A stretch of 63,000 nucleotides of DNA. Source: Chiloscyllium plagiosum. Lineage: Eukaryota. Below the pieces are notes generated by a model, which saw nothing but the letters and a program-made list of their open reading frames with translations, did no database searches and was not told where the DNA came from. Positions 62,721-63,000 of the stretch are shown here, piece after piece. Location of the stretch: NCBI RefSeq assembly GCF_004010195.1, contig NW_025215089.1, forward strand, positions 1 to 63,000. The letters are read 5' to 3'. A program made the translations under genes and the position numbers. Within the stretch, counting starts at the first letter, position 1. Each line of letters opens with the position of its first letter.

Positions 62721-63000
62721 CTGCGAAACAGCTAGTTGTGGTGTTTTATGGATCAGTAAGTAATGCTTTGCAGCAATAGATATTCCCACAGCTTCCTTGG
62801 CTTCCAACGCTAATAGGACATGCCATGACCCAACACATCAAGCACTCTATCTTATATATAAAAAACAAACTGTCTCGGGACAGACAGCCATTCTCCTCTG
62901 ACCACTCGGAGTTATGAGAGAACATAAACCGAAAACCACGTTCAGACAAGAACTTACCAGAACAATGGACCCAATACCAATCACGTGCAGGACAAACAAT

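Overview
Repeat-dense, gene-poor vertebrate genomic DNA, almost certainly from a cartilaginous fish. This is inferred from multiple HE1/V-SINE copies, Deu-domain (SacSINE1-like) SINEs and CR1/HER1-type LINEs with (TTCTATG)n tails. Most of the window is nested, decayed retroelements: CR1 LINEs, L2/Crack-like fragments, two clades of Penelope-like elements (PLEs), SINEs and three copies of one solo-LTR family. Host-gene material is limited to a minus-strand first coding exon of a GPR139/GPR142-like GPCR with a 42-bp N-terminal repeat (no second exon recognised in the window), a C2H2 zinc-finger pseudogene and decayed tRNA-Asp/tRNA-His copies. The most notable signal is a set of about 10 minimal type-I hammerhead ribozyme motifs (CUGANGA...GAAAC-GUH, palindromic ACGU stem III) in PLE pseudo-LTRs. 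These include a ~210-bp ORF-less hairpin element made only of inverted pLTRs and an inverted PLE with a hammerhead at each end. The best-preserved hammerheads lie on the strand of the putative GPCR intron. There is also a cluster of short near-identical tandem duplications (70, 198, 160, 224 bp). Repeat family names were assigned by eye from recalled consensus features, and boundaries of decayed elements are approximate.
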